DNA from: Lama glama
Lineage: Eukaryota
Assembly (NCBI GenBank): GCA_028534125.1
Contig: CM052828.1
Location: 60,884,001 to 60,948,000 of the forward strand
Direction of reading: 5' to 3'
Length of the DNA stretch: 64,000 nucleotides
Shown here: positions 12,800 to 25,500 of the stretch, in pieces
Layout of the letters: every line of letters begins with the position of its first letter
How positions within the stretch are numbered: position 1 is the first letter of the stretch
Position numbers and translations under genes: made by a program
Notes under the pieces: generated by a model
Database searches by the model: none
What the model was told of the DNA's origin: nothing
Seen by the model: only the letters and a program-made list of their open reading frames with translations

Positions 12800-13580
12800 G
12801 ACCTGGGCGCACACGACCCCCACGCACACAGTCAGCGACGCTCAGGCTGTGCACGCGGGTCTTCAGCCGCGTTATACAGCTGCCCAGTGGCTGCTCCCAG
12901 CACGGCCAAGCGGAGGTATCCAGACCCGGGGTCCGGTGCTCCGGGGCTGCGCCTGCTCCCTCGCCCCCCGCAGCCCAGCTTAGTGGAGCCGGCGCTAAGC
13001 ACGGGGCCCCTGCAGGGAGGGCCGGTACGGGCGACGGGGAGGGAGCGGCTGCAGCGGGAGCCCTGCCACCGCCGGTCGCCACTGTTAACAGGGCGCAGGT
13101 GGAACAGACGAGCCAGCTGCGGACTCCGGGCTCCGGCCCGCAAACCTGAGACCCTGGAGGGAACACGGGTCTGCATGCACCCGGCGGGCGGCCCAAACCT
13201 GGAGCCCAGTGACCTCCCTTTGTGCGCCCAGCACGGGCGTTCCGGGAGGCAGGTCGCCGCCCCCTGACGCGGCCGGCGGGCGACAGCATGACCTTAAGCC
13301 TCTTGTCCCTGCTGTCTCGGGACCTCTCCAAGCTGTGGCTGCGCCTGAAGACCTGTACAGGTGCGCAAGGGTCAGGGACCCTCGGGGGCCCAGCACTGTC
13401 CGGGGTCCAGTGTGGGCTGCGTGGCTGGGGTGGTGGGAGGGGGCCGCTGCCGGGTGGGCGTGCCGGGCATCCTGGGGGGCCGGCCCCTCCCTCCCCGCCA
13501 GGCCCATCCTTGTCCTCATCCTCATCCCCAGGGCCCCCGCCTGGAGCAAAGGGGCATTGTCGCCAGTGCACACGGGAGGC
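12800..13580. promoter_or_regulatory. CpG-island-like alternative promoter of first exon B
   Basis: Very dense CpG and GC boxes (GGGCGG) around the ATG at 13288; TGACGC half-CRE at 13265. Confidence 0.65.
13288..13360 (+). CDS. MCF2L: Alternative first coding exon B ([25 protein letters not shown])
   Basis: agcATG at 13288; 73 nt, phase 1; CAG|GTGCGC donor. Resembles the remembered human isoform N-terminus MTVRRLSLLCRDLWALWLLLKAGA-D. Lies in a CpG island. Confidence 0.88.
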
Positions 13581-16500
13581 GTGAAGCTCGGCCAGGTCCT
13601 TTGTTTCAGCTCCTGGAGACGGTCTGGGGCGCCGTGGTGGGAGCCCTGAGCCCGGCAGGGGCTCTGTCAGGGTGGGACCCAACCTGAACTCGGGGAGCGC
13701 CGACCTGGGTGGTCACGCCCCTGGTGACCAAGGACAAAGAGCCCGGGCCCAGGAGGGGGTGGCCTGGGTTTCCTGATCGAGTTTTTAAGGATGAAAGGTG
13801 CTTGTTTTGAAGTGATTTGTCAAGAGTGCATTTTCCGGTGGATACTTCTGCCGAAGATGGATGCGTAATTTGTTAAATAAGTATTTTGCAAATTTCAGTG
13901 AATGGGCCGCACCTCAGCTGTCGGCATCTGAAGGTCTCAGATTTAGAACAAAGACACCGGGTGTGTGAGGTGGCGGAGTGGGTGAGCCTCCCTGGCGAGG
14001 TCCGAGGACTCTGAAACCCAGAAGACGAGCACTTGGACGTGGTGGGAGGCCGGCAGCCCCACGGACACGGGGCTGGATAGGTCCCTGAAGGACCGCCCCC
14101 CAGGACTCGGCCCGTGTTGGGACCCTGAGAAGTTTCGTCCGCGTAGCGCGTCCCGTGACGTCTGCTGGTGCCCTTCCCTCCTGGGAAGGCGAGGCTTTAT
14201 GGCGGGGGCCCTCGGGTGGCCCTTCTCCATCACCTCAGACTCCGGTGGTTTCTGAACCGCAGGCTAGCTCTAGTTCTTAGCACTTCCCCTTAGAAATTGT
14301 GGGTGTTCTTCTAACGCGCGCTGTATTTTTTAAGATGAAGAGGCTCCTGAATAAACGTCCGGAGGGGCGGGTGTAACTAAGGGCTGGAGGCTGTCCCCCA
14401 TTCTCTGCAGACAGTTTGCTGTCTCCCCGCCGAAGCAGCGCTTGTCCGATTTCCCGGAGTTGCTGGTACATTGATGGAAACCTCTCCTTCACTGGTTCTG
14501 TGGAGCAGGCACCTCCAAGCTGGGCCCTTCACCTGGCCGTGTGACTGGGTGCTGACTCCCAGTGGCACCTGCTGTTTACAGGGGAGTCGTGCTCCTCCGT
14601 CCTCACATCTGCTCAGGCTGCACGAGGCGGGGAGGGAAGGTTGGTACCGGCCCGCCCGGAGCTGGGCCCAGAGCAGACTGAGTAGACGAGAGTGACGTGG
14701 CGAGACCCCGGCCCCATCACTGTGCCCGAGGCGGCCGGAGCCCGCTGGGTGAGACGGCAGGGCTGGGCCACACTCCCAGACTCGGGTCGGGGTCTCCTGT
14801 CCCGCCACTGGGGACGTCAGCAAGGTCAGCGGGTGTGCAGGCCCTGCCACCGCCAAGCCCCGACCCCAGCTCCCTCTCCGTCGCCCCTCATTCCTCTCCT
14901 CTGCCTGTCTCTCTGTCTCTGTGTGTCCTTCTCTGTCTCGCTTCACGCCTCCCCGTCTCCTGTGTGTGCCTGGTCGTGGTGGGGCTCCGTGGTCAGGCTC
15001 CGGGGGGCGGCGTCTGCGAAGGGCCTGATCCCTGCTCTGCGCTGCGCCTCCCGCCTGCTGGGCAGCGACCCGTCAGCTGGGCCACCGGGTGAGGCGCAGG
15101 CTGAGATGAGCCCCAGCGCCCCGGCCTCCTCTGCCCTGAGCGTCATCGTTCTGTTTGCTGGGGTGTGACTGGGGAAGTGGATGCAGCGACTTGTCGGGTC
15201 TTAGATTTACAGCGTTCCTGGTACTCGGGAAACGGAATTAGACACGCACGTTCCCGGGCGAGGGGAGGGTTTGGAGAGCTTCTGGGGTTCCCGGAGCAGC
15301 TCTGGGTGTGCTGGCGCCGTGCTGGCCTCTCTGCGTGGCGCGTCCTGTGCGCTGCTTTCTGAGGGCAGGTCCAGCAGCCTCACTTGGGCACCGCCCTTCC
15401 CGGCTCTGCCCTCGGAGCAAGGAGGGAAGGAGGGAGGTAGACGTCCCGGATCTCTGTTGTTTTTAATGTTGGCAAGTGGTGGTTTTAGAACAAAGCTCTC
15501 GAAGATCTCCTTCATTTCCAAACAGCATAGGTTTGTGCATGTGTATGTCTGGTGAGTGTGAGCCACGTCCGCACGCACTGGGTGTGGCGTCAGTGTGTGG
15601 TGTGTACGTGTTGGTGTGTGTGAGACGTGGAAGCCACACCTGCTCCTTCCGTCAGCGGAGATGTTGACACCTGGGAAGGTGACATCGCGGAACGCGGGGG
15701 CTGGGCATGGGGTCTGTGGCTGTAGACGTGCTGCTGGGGGCTCGGCCACAGCCGGGAGAGGGGGTGCGCTGCTGCATGCGCTGCTCCGGGGCCGGCTCAC
15801 CGGCGCCCCTGAAGCCCCAAAGGGGGCGCGTCTGGAGTGGGGCGGCCATGGTGTACTTTGAAGGGTGTGTATCGGACCCCAGAAGGGCGTCGAGTTCTTC
15901 CTGCTCCGCCCACCCGTCCTCCTCCGACTCAGCGCATCCTCCCGCAGAGGCCGCCCCTTCACCCTGAGGCGGAATCCCCAGTGGCGCCCTCCCCTGGACC
16001 CTGTCCTGACGCCTTGGGGGTGCGTCTCCAGCAGGAGAGGCGGCGAGGAGCCCCGCCCGGCCTGCAGGAAACACAAACTGCAGCATCACAGCTCCTGCCT
16101 AACTGGGCACCAGGGCTGGTCTCAGAGGAGGAGGGGCCCCAAAGGGGGGGGTGCTGGGCGAGGGCAAAACGGCCCAGCTTGGAAGGCCTGCTGTGGGCTG
16201 CCGCCCTGCTCAGGGGTCTGCTTTTTCCTGGGGACTTAAGCTGGTGGCCGTGTGTTAAGTGGCACCATCCACTCATCAGCCAGACCCCCTCAAACACAGG
16301 GTGGGCGCCCAGGACAAAGGCAGAGCATCTGAGACCAGGACCAAGCCTCAGGCCCTTGGTGGACGGTGGACGTTCGGCCCGTGGGAGGAGCAGTGGGTGC
16401 CTGGCACCCAGGCTGGTTCATGCTCCGGCTCCTGCAGGTTTCCCAGCCCTGTTTCCCGCTTGCCCAGCCTCTGGGGGTTGCCGAGTGCCCCTCCTTAGAT

Positions 16501-19500
16501 CGCGGACACAGGTAAGGGACTCCCCAGGCCGCGTGCAAGGAGGGTCCCGGGTTTGCTGCGGCCCCTCTGAGTCGGGAGGGGCCCAGCTTCTGCTCTGCAG
16601 TTGATCGGAGCTCTTCTCCACAGTCCAAGCCTCCCCCAAGTTAGAATGACCCCAGCGTCTTGCAGAGCCACCTGGGGCTCATGACGCCCTGCCCCTCCCT
16701 TCTTTGTGCGGCTGGACCTGCAGTCACCCTGTTGCTGCTGTGTGGCCTCAGGCAGGTTACTCGGCCTCTCTGTGCCGTAGTTTGCTCTTCCAGAGAATGG
16801 AATAATCACGTTCCCACCTTTTGGCCTGTTGTGACAACTTAACGCGTTAATACATAAAGCATACTTCGCAATAGTCGTGCTGCAACTGCTGTTTCTACCA
16901 CAGACGGAAGATTTTCCGTGTGAACCTGTTGAAAAGTGACGCGGTCACCCAGACAGCCTGCAGGTTGGAGACGGTGTTTCACCCCCTGCGCGGCCCGCTG
17001 CGCTAGTGGGTTGCGGCGAGACGCTCAGGACGGACTTGCTTCCTCGACTGAGACCTCGGGGGCTTGTTGCTTCCACTTGAAGCTGTGCCTTTGGCTCCGC
17101 AGGCACTTTCGTTGGGGTTTCGCTTAAGGCTCTTCCTTTGCTTTGACGAGGACCAGCCAGAGCGGCCTTGTGCTCGGGGAAGTACGTCACCTGCGGCGTG
17201 GCTTCTGCCGGAGCCCGGAGACGCTGTGCACACCCTTCCCCCACGCCACACCGCGACCGGTCGTGTCTGGGAGGTGGTCTCAGAGCCTCCAAGACGAGGT
17301 TTTCCGTGGTGCTTCCCGAGTTTGTCTGACAGTGGGGCCCTTCTCTCCTTGGCCGAGGAGGGGGCTCTGCCAGAGGTGCAGAGAAGTGCGGTTCTGGAGT
17401 CAGACCCCAGAGCACCCCGCAGGGGAGCGGGGGCCCCCAGGGAAACGCGCCGGCCATGCTGGCGTGGGCCCGGTGGGCTGCGAGCACTGCTTACGTGCAC
17501 CGCCCAGGCAGGCCTGCCATCTCCGCCTGCTTGCCGAGTTGCCTGGAGCCTGTGCTAAGGAGGATTCTGAGGCTCACTGGGGCTTCTGCCGTCAGCAACG
17601 AGGCAGGTGTCCTCTAAGGCAGGTGTCTCCGCGCCCTGCTTCACCCTGGACCTGGCAGAGGGATGCACTTAACAGGATTCCTAAAGCTGTTTTTAAGAAG
17701 TTGTTTCCAGCTCAGAAACCATCAGGTGTGCGGTGTGCACATGTACAAGCTGGGGTGTGAAGTGTGCTAGAAGCTTCGTGTCCAGAGCCCCGTGCGGTGC
17801 CTGGCCTGGTGTGGGTGTGGACGGTGGGCCCCAAGGCCGGATGCTGACCTCTTCTCTGACCTCGGTAAAATGGGTGTTGGTGAACGGGCTGATGGAAACC
17901 GTCCTCCTGGTGTCCCCGAGGGAGCCCTGGTCCTCTGCCGTCCGCCACGCTGGAGGATTCGTCCGCATCAGCGTCCCCCAGGCGGGCGGCCCTGGGAGCT
18001 CTGCGCCCGTCTGAGATTACCTGAGAGGGCATGGCTGGCAGGGCCGGACGGGGTGGAGACCCCAGCGTGTCCAGGCGAGGGTTCTGTGTCCGTTCTGCAT
18101 CCGGAGACCCCCCGCAGCCTGAGCTGCAGACACGCAGGCGGTGGGCTGCAGTCTGGGAGGTGCAGGCCTGGGGGCTCCCGGTCTCGCCTGCACAGGGAGC
18201 GCCCGCTGCCGCCCCTGGGCTCCCCGTAGTTCTGCTCAGCTCTGTCCCAGCGCCCACGCGGGAGGCTCCCACGGCTCAGCTCCGGCGTCCGGCTCCCCAA
18301 GCTCAGGCTGTGTGGCCGGTGCTTCCCCGAGGACGAGTTCTGTCGAGGGTCTTTTATACCAAGACTTTTGTTTTAAAATTTGCGGGGATTCATTTTCTGA
18401 AATTAGGAAACCAGGGAGAACATTAGTGAACTGCGTGAGCGACGTGTCGTATGTGACGTGAAATGTCTGTGCTCAACCCGGAGCCCAGACTCACTGAAAA
18501 CGCCCAGGATGGGCTGTGAGTGAGAAGCCAGCCCAGTCAGTGCAGATGTGCGCGGAGCCCCCCGCAGGTCACGCACAGCCCCGGGGCGTCTCCCCTGCGC
18601 TGCCCGGCGCTCGGGGAGCTGCGCGTCCCAGCTGACCGAGGCTCAGAACGGAGCCTGTTCGGACCCCTCCGCCCCGCCCCGGGTTGGAGACACCTTTTTG
18701 TGGCTGTTCGTCCTCACACGCTCTGCCCTGGCTTGGGGATTCCTGGGAGGGGCCCCGGTGGAATAGGAATCCCGCCCAAGTGAGTGGGTGAAGTACCCCA
18801 TGGGCTCTCCACCCTGGAGTCCGAAAGGGCATCAGTGTTGTTTATTGAGTGAAAATAAACCAAAGTGCTGGGTGTGGACTTCCAGCCATACGGAAACAGG
18901 AAGGGAATCATCTCGTGATGGACCTGGTGGGCTTTGGGGCCAGGGCCTCTCACCAGCTGCCCCCCTTCGTAGGACCCTTCTCGGGCTCCTGTCTCCCTCC
19001 GGCGAGCTCCAAGGTCACCAGCAAGGCAGGGACCAGCCTCCGAACCCGAATCCCAGGCTCCTGCTGGTGCTCGGGGCTCCCTGAGCCCGGCCTTTACCGC
19101 CGGTACGCGGACTTCCAGGGTCCTGCGCGCTCTGCGTGTGTTCTTTGTCTGAGGCGGTGCCGGCCGGCCAGGATGAGGCTCAGAGGCCCTGCACGTGGGC
19201 AGGATGGGCCGGACGCTGCCTGCCCTGCATTACGGAATCCTCGTCCCGAGTAAAGCACACCCACGAGTCAGTTTGCGAGAGGGCATTTGCCGCCAGGCCC
19301 GACTGTGTGAGGACGAAGAGGTGTGAAGCTAAAAGTGGCGCCCCCCCGCCCCGGATCTCAGGTTGCTGCCCAGACGAGGCAGGACTCAGGGTTTCTTCCC
19401 TTTTGTCCTCGGGGGAACTGAGCCGGGTCCCAGAACAGCTGAGACGTCATCCCACTGACCTCACTGGAGAGCGGGGGTCTGCCCCTGCGGTGCTCCAGAC

Positions 19501-22500
19501 AGAGCGGCCTTTCAGATGGGCTCCCAGCGCCGGCGCGGGGGGCAGGTCAGCCTGTGACCCTGCAGGGCACAGACGGAAGGGCTGTCCTCTCCCCCGCGCC
19601 CCCCCGATCGGAGACCTTCCTAACCTCCCCAGCTCGCAGCGACCCTCTAATGGGATAATTGCCCGGAGTCTCCGTTTACGTCTAGGCCGCAGGAATGTTC
19701 GGAGCGGGCGGTTGTCTGCGGGGCACTGTGCTCACACAGAGCGCTTCTGTGCAGGGGCCGGGCCTGCCTGACCCTCACGCCGAGCAGGCGGGTGGGGCAA
19801 CCCCACTTCCCGTCCGGACCCCTGTCGGAGGAGCGGCCGGACGCGCACACGGCACAGGTCAGGTCCCCCACTTCCTCCTCAGCCAGCGGACACCGGTGGC
19901 TCAAATGCAGGATTAAATGGAGTGGACGGGGACCTTGGAAAACAGCACAGCACCAAGTGCAAACCTGCCCTGCCGTGGACCAGGAGCAAAGCCCGCGAGT
20001 CTGATGCGGCGGCTGCGCCCGCAGGGGCCGCATGACAAACAGCAGCACTCCCGGTGCTCAGGGGCTGTCCTCACTGTTCTCAGCTCAGGGAGGGGCGGCC
20101 AGTGGGAAAAGTGATGAATTTTGGACAGTCCACTTGTAGGAATGCGTTCCATGCGCAGAGCAGCCCTATTTTACAATTTGATCTAAGGCACAATATGGGT
20201 TGAGTTCTGCCCCAGAAAACCCACAGGTGTTGGGTTCCAGGGCTCGGCTGCCGGTGGATGCACGGCGGTGGTCAGCAGTTGGTACCCACAGAACCAGCAA
20301 CACAGAGATTCCAAAACCAGCCTGTGTGCGCACCAGGACGAAGTTTGCTGGATTCTAATGGATGCTCTGGAGGGTCACCCTTTGCATCACTCATCGAACA
20401 CGAGTTGTTTGAGCTCCTGCCCAGGGTTGGGACGGCTGTGGGGGGACGTGGGCCCCGTGGGGATGCAGGATGCGCTGAGTCCCCTGCCAGTCTGGGAGGC
20501 GGAGGAGGGCCTCCCTGAGGATGCAGCATCTCGGCTGGGAATTGAGAGCAGACCCGCAAACTGAGATGGGAAGAGCGTCACTGAGGGTCAGCCTGTGCAA
20601 AGGCCCTGAGGTGGCCAGGGCCTCGGCCCATCGGGGAGCTCGAAGAGTGTGAGGACACCTGCCGCCCCGAGAGGAGGGTGGGTAAGGAGACTACATGGAC
20701 ATCCCTCTGTGGAAGAAAATCCCATGGACAGTGGCACAGCTGGTCAGACTGTCACCCTGTCACAGAAAGCGCAGAGACAGTCAGTTGTATCAGCTCTGTC
20801 CCCAGGATGTGGGAAAGCCGTCTGCCATCCGGGAGAGAAGACAGCTGTGATGTCCGCAGTGAGCCTGGGGACATGGGAGTGTGCTCGTGACAGGACGAGC
20901 CACCGGAAGTCCCTGCCACTCGGAGCCACCAGAATCAGGTCTGAGAATCTCTGCAGATAGGCCATCAGCGGCCCTGAGACGCGTGGTCTCCTCTCCCCAC
21001 GAGCTGGTGGGCCTGGACGGCGGGAGGCCCTGCATCCACGCTCGTCACTGACGCTGGGTCCACACTCGCCGGGGGCTTGCCGGCCCACAGTGTGCATGCT
21101 GTTGTCCACTGCCCTGGGCATCTCCTCTCCAGACTTGAGGGCAACCCTGCTGCCCAGGGGTCCACGTCCAGGACACACGCATCCCAGGCTGGCAGAGGCT
21201 AGATTTGAGGAGGGGGCCCAGGTTCCACGGTCGACAGTGTGGTCATTCCCTGTGCTGAGAAAAGGAAAAGGCACCATCAAATCTCCAAGCACCGGCCACG
21301 TCCGCTGCCCCGACACACATCCACACGAATGAAGCGTGGACACCGAAAACCACCGCGTCCGGAATTTGAAATAGCTCAAGTTCCCTTGGAGCGATTGTTT
21401 CCAACCCTGTTTTTCTCTCCCCTAGAAAGAGAAAGGCATGGCTGAGACATTTGCCACGCCCAGGAGGTGGCAGAGTCCTGGCGTCTGAGTTGGAGGCGCA
21501 TGTGCTGCCGTTGTCCCGGACCCAGCACCCGCTGCCGCTCTGTCTGGGCGGCAGGCCCAGGGGCACCAACCCAGTCACTTCCTTGTCAGCACCAGGCGAG
21601 TCCAAGGGCAGCCGGCCATGTGGTCAGCAGTTCCAGAAAAGATCGCCAGGGCCTGGGGGCCTGCCTGTGTGTTCCCTGTGTCACCTCTTTGCTTGTCTGC
21701 AAGACCAGGAGGGCCGGGTTTCCAACTGCCTCCACCGAGCCCCGGGGTCAGAGGTCTCTGGGACCTCAGTCTCCCGGCTGTTGGAGGCCAGGGTCTGAAG
21801 AGGGGCGGGGAAGGAGAGCTGACTTTCCAGCTGTTGGCAAGTCATCACCACCATCACGAATCTCTTTAGGGAACTGTGTTCATGTTCAAGGTTGCAAACG
21901 TCCCTGGTCCGGGCCGTACACCACGTGTGGTCAGCCGGGCATCAACTTAGAGACGCAGGGTCCCTGCAGCACGTGGAGCAGGCCCAGCTCCGTGGCCCAC
22001 CCGCCAGTGCCCTGGCACCTCATGCTCGACAGGGACACACGTCCCCTCGGCGTCGAGGTTCCCCTGGGAGTCACGCTGAGCCCTCCTGCTTCTAGTCAGT
22101 GCCTCCAGGCTGTGGCTGGAAGTACTGCCCGGTCACTCCCAGGCCCCAATCCAGAACCTGCGCCCGGTCAGTGCTGCGTCAGGACTGGGCTCAGCACCCT
22201 CCTCGGGGTCAGTGCCGGGCAGTGGGGAGGCATGAGTGTTGGACCCACTGCAGTGGCCAGGTTGCCCACTGCCAGACAACAGGGGAAGGCCCCAGGGTGG
22301 CCCGCCCACTTCTGGGACATGGGTGGACACTTGCAGACCAAAGGGGTCTGTTCTCCCTCAGTGCAGCTCTCTGACCGCTTGTGTTAGGGGTCGGCCCTCC
22401 GGTTGCGGCTGACTTGGGCGAGGTGCTGGCGCTGCCCCAAGCCCCGCCCCACTGCCCGGCGCCTCCCCTCTGCTGCCAGGCGCCCCCGCCCCTCCCCCCA

Positions 22501-25500
22501 CTTCCGACACACACGTTTTAAACGTCGATGAGTCGCTCAGGACACAGTTTTTTGTGCCCTGAGAAACAAAGGTTTCTGCATGCTGGAAACTGACATTCCT
22601 TTTTCCTGACACGTGACCGCGGGTCCCCTTAGGTGTCTGCTACGGTGCGCGGCCGCGGGGGGCTGGCCCAGACTCGTGGCAGGTGAGGCAGTTTCCTGAG
22701 TGACAGCATGTGTCCATCTGCTCTGCTCTCCCCACAGATGAAATCATGCACCAGGACATCAGCCCGCTCTGCGCTGCGGACATCCAGGACCAGCTGCAGA
22801 AGTGCTTCGCTTACCTGTCTGGTGAGTGCGAAGCCCGGGCCGCGTGGCGGGGAGGGAGGGTCTGCTCCGCCCGGCTGGTGGCTCACCCCTGGCTGCATGG
22901 TGGGGGCTGGGGGCCAGCTGTGGTGCAGCCCGCTTTCCTCTGGACTGACGCCTGTGACGAGGGCGGCTCAGGGCGGCTGGTGGGCACAGGCCAGAGGTCA
23001 GTTGGGTCCCAAGGGGGATGCAGCCCTAGAGCTGCTGAGGCCTCCTGGACGCCAGGGCTCCCTGGGGCAGGCGAGTAGGCACAGCTGCGGCACAGTCAGC
23101 CTCCGTGCAGTGTCCGGGGCCTGGGGTCTGGCTTCTGTGGCTCCGTCCTCTGTGCCCCAGGTGCGGCTGACATGGGCGAGGTGCTGGCACTGCCCAGGAG
23201 CCTATGCTGGGGTCACTTCGTGTCCTGGTCATGATCCACCTGTTGCCCTCCCCTTGGGTCCAGGTCTTGCCGTCCTGTCCTGCCGGCCGAGGTGCACGAC
23301 CCCAGCCACTGGACAGTGCCAGCTGCCCAAGTGCAGTGCCCTGGCGTGGTCGCTCCTCCATCGGGCAAGCCTGCCTGCCAGGGCTCCCTGCATGCCCCTT
23401 AGGGGTCCGGAGGATGATGGCCTCTAGCCAGCAGGTCAAGGTCCCTCCTGAGCCCTGAGAGCCGCCCCTGCACCCCGGGGCTCTCCCCACCGTCCCCCAG
23501 GAGCAGAACTGTGGTGTTGCTCTAGGGTTGAAGTGCCTCTCGAGGACCAAAGACTGGGAGCAGGAAGTGGAGACAGCGTCCTGGCCCTCTGGGTGGGGCG
23601 GCTGCCACGAGGGGTGCCGGCCTCACGGAGGAAGGACAGAGCGGGTGTCCTTCCGAGAAATGAGTCTCCCAGTGGGACGGGGTCGTGACCTCCACCTTCC
23701 TCCAAGTTGCCACGCCTGCCCTTGGTGTTACCGTGGTGACTTGTGGTGTCACCACGTGGGAGGAGCCCCAGACACGCCTCCTCTGTTGTTCAGGTGCCGC
23801 CCAGGCACTCGGGGAGGGGTTTTGCGCAAGTAACTGAGGCCCCAGCGAGCGGCTGTGAGCTGGGGGCCTGACGAAGCGCTGGGCCCTCGGAGGCACCGAG
23901 GGTTCCAAGGATGAGGGTCTTGATGTGCCCGAGGTTCCCTGCCACCAGCCGGAGGATGGGGCCGCCTGGAGGGACGTGGACGCCCTGGGGGCTGAGAGCG
24001 AACTCAGCCCCACCACCCAGGGAGCCGGATGTCGGGGCACCGCCGAGCCGGCCGCCCCTTCTGACCCCAGACCGCGAGCTGACGTGGGGTGCTGCTCACG
24101 TCGCCTAGTTTGGGAGCCCGTGACGACGCATCTTGAGCTTGAACGTCCACAGCAAGCTGGGCCGTCCTGGGTGTCACGGACACCCGTCAGCAGAGCCCAG
24201 CGGGAGTGGCGCCCACATCGCTCTCCAGCCCATCCGGTACCCAGACTGTCCACTCCCAGCATGAGGACACTCTGGCCAGTTTTCACAGGGCCCGCTGCCT
24301 TCCCAGGCCCAAACGACTGTCACCGAGGCCTGGTGGCCCTGTGGGACAGTGGGGTAGATCGCTCCTCGGCCCGGATCTGGGGCAGACGGCTCCCCTGTGT
24401 GGCTGTGGCTCCTGTGATGACCGCTTCCCAAGCAGGAGCCCTGACGGGGTAGATGCTGGCGCAACTTGCGGCCTCGGGAGCCGCGCGCACCGCGTCTGCC
24501 GCCTCCTGTGGGCTGGAGCAGGCCGCCAGCTCAGACCTGGGTTCAGAGGGACGAGAAACGGACCCTGTCCCCAGAGGAGAATGGTGGCCGTCTCCAGCCA
24601 CCCAGGACACCAGCTGGCGGGCACTTCCCACCTGGCCCCACTGCCTGGCGTCTGTGCTGCTCCCCCAGGCTGGGGGACAGTTCAGACCAAGCTCACAGCC
24701 CTGGTCTGCGCTCACCCCTCCACGACGGCCTCACTCGGGCGGGGCCGCTCTCCCTTCCCAGACCCCGGGCCGCTGCCCGCTTTGTGTGTGATGTGTGCTG
24801 GGTGCACCTTCCCTTGGAAGTGCCCCCGTCCCGCCTGTACCTCCTCCCAGCAGCACCGAAGGGGCGGCTCCCGTGAGGAGGAAGCTGTCCGTCCAGGGTC
24901 TCGTGGGGCAGAGGTGCAGGGTCAGGGGCAGCTGGGGTCGTGTGCGATGTCTAAGTGCCGGGCGCATTGTGGAGGGGCATGGAGACCATGTCCACAACCA
25001 CAGGAGGGACGCAGGGCGCCAGCTCTCTGTGCAGTGCGGTCTCCGCTGCGGGAAGTGCAAGAAGAGGGTCTGGGAGGAGCGTGCTGCCCTGCCCTGTGGA
25101 GGCGGAACAACAGGTGTTTGTTTCACTCATCTCACATCTTTCCAGGTCCGACCCTCAACAGCACACAGTTCTCCCCTAATAACAACACGGAGAGGGAGTT
25201 ACTTGGTGCTCCTGGAAAGTGACTGTTCTGCTGAGACCTGGGAGCTTCCCCTCCCGGCCGCCAAGCTAAGTGGCGCCTTTCTCTCTCCCCAGGCGGGCGG
25301 GGGCAGGACGGCAGCCCCGTCATCACCTTCCCCGACTACCCAGCCTTCGGTGAGGTCCCGGACAAGGAGTTCCAGAATGTCATGACCTACCTCACCAGCA
25401 TCCCCAGGTGCGTGTTTTGTCGCAAGCAGAACCAGACCCTGCCCTCCAGAAAGGTGGGGAGCGCTTCTCTGAGCCCACTGGCCACAGCGGGCAGCATGGC

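Noticed and set aside
16420-16517. ATG-initiated ORF ending at a strong CAG|GTAAGG donor
   Set aside because: It is 92 nt (phase 2), incompatible with exon 2, and has no other support.
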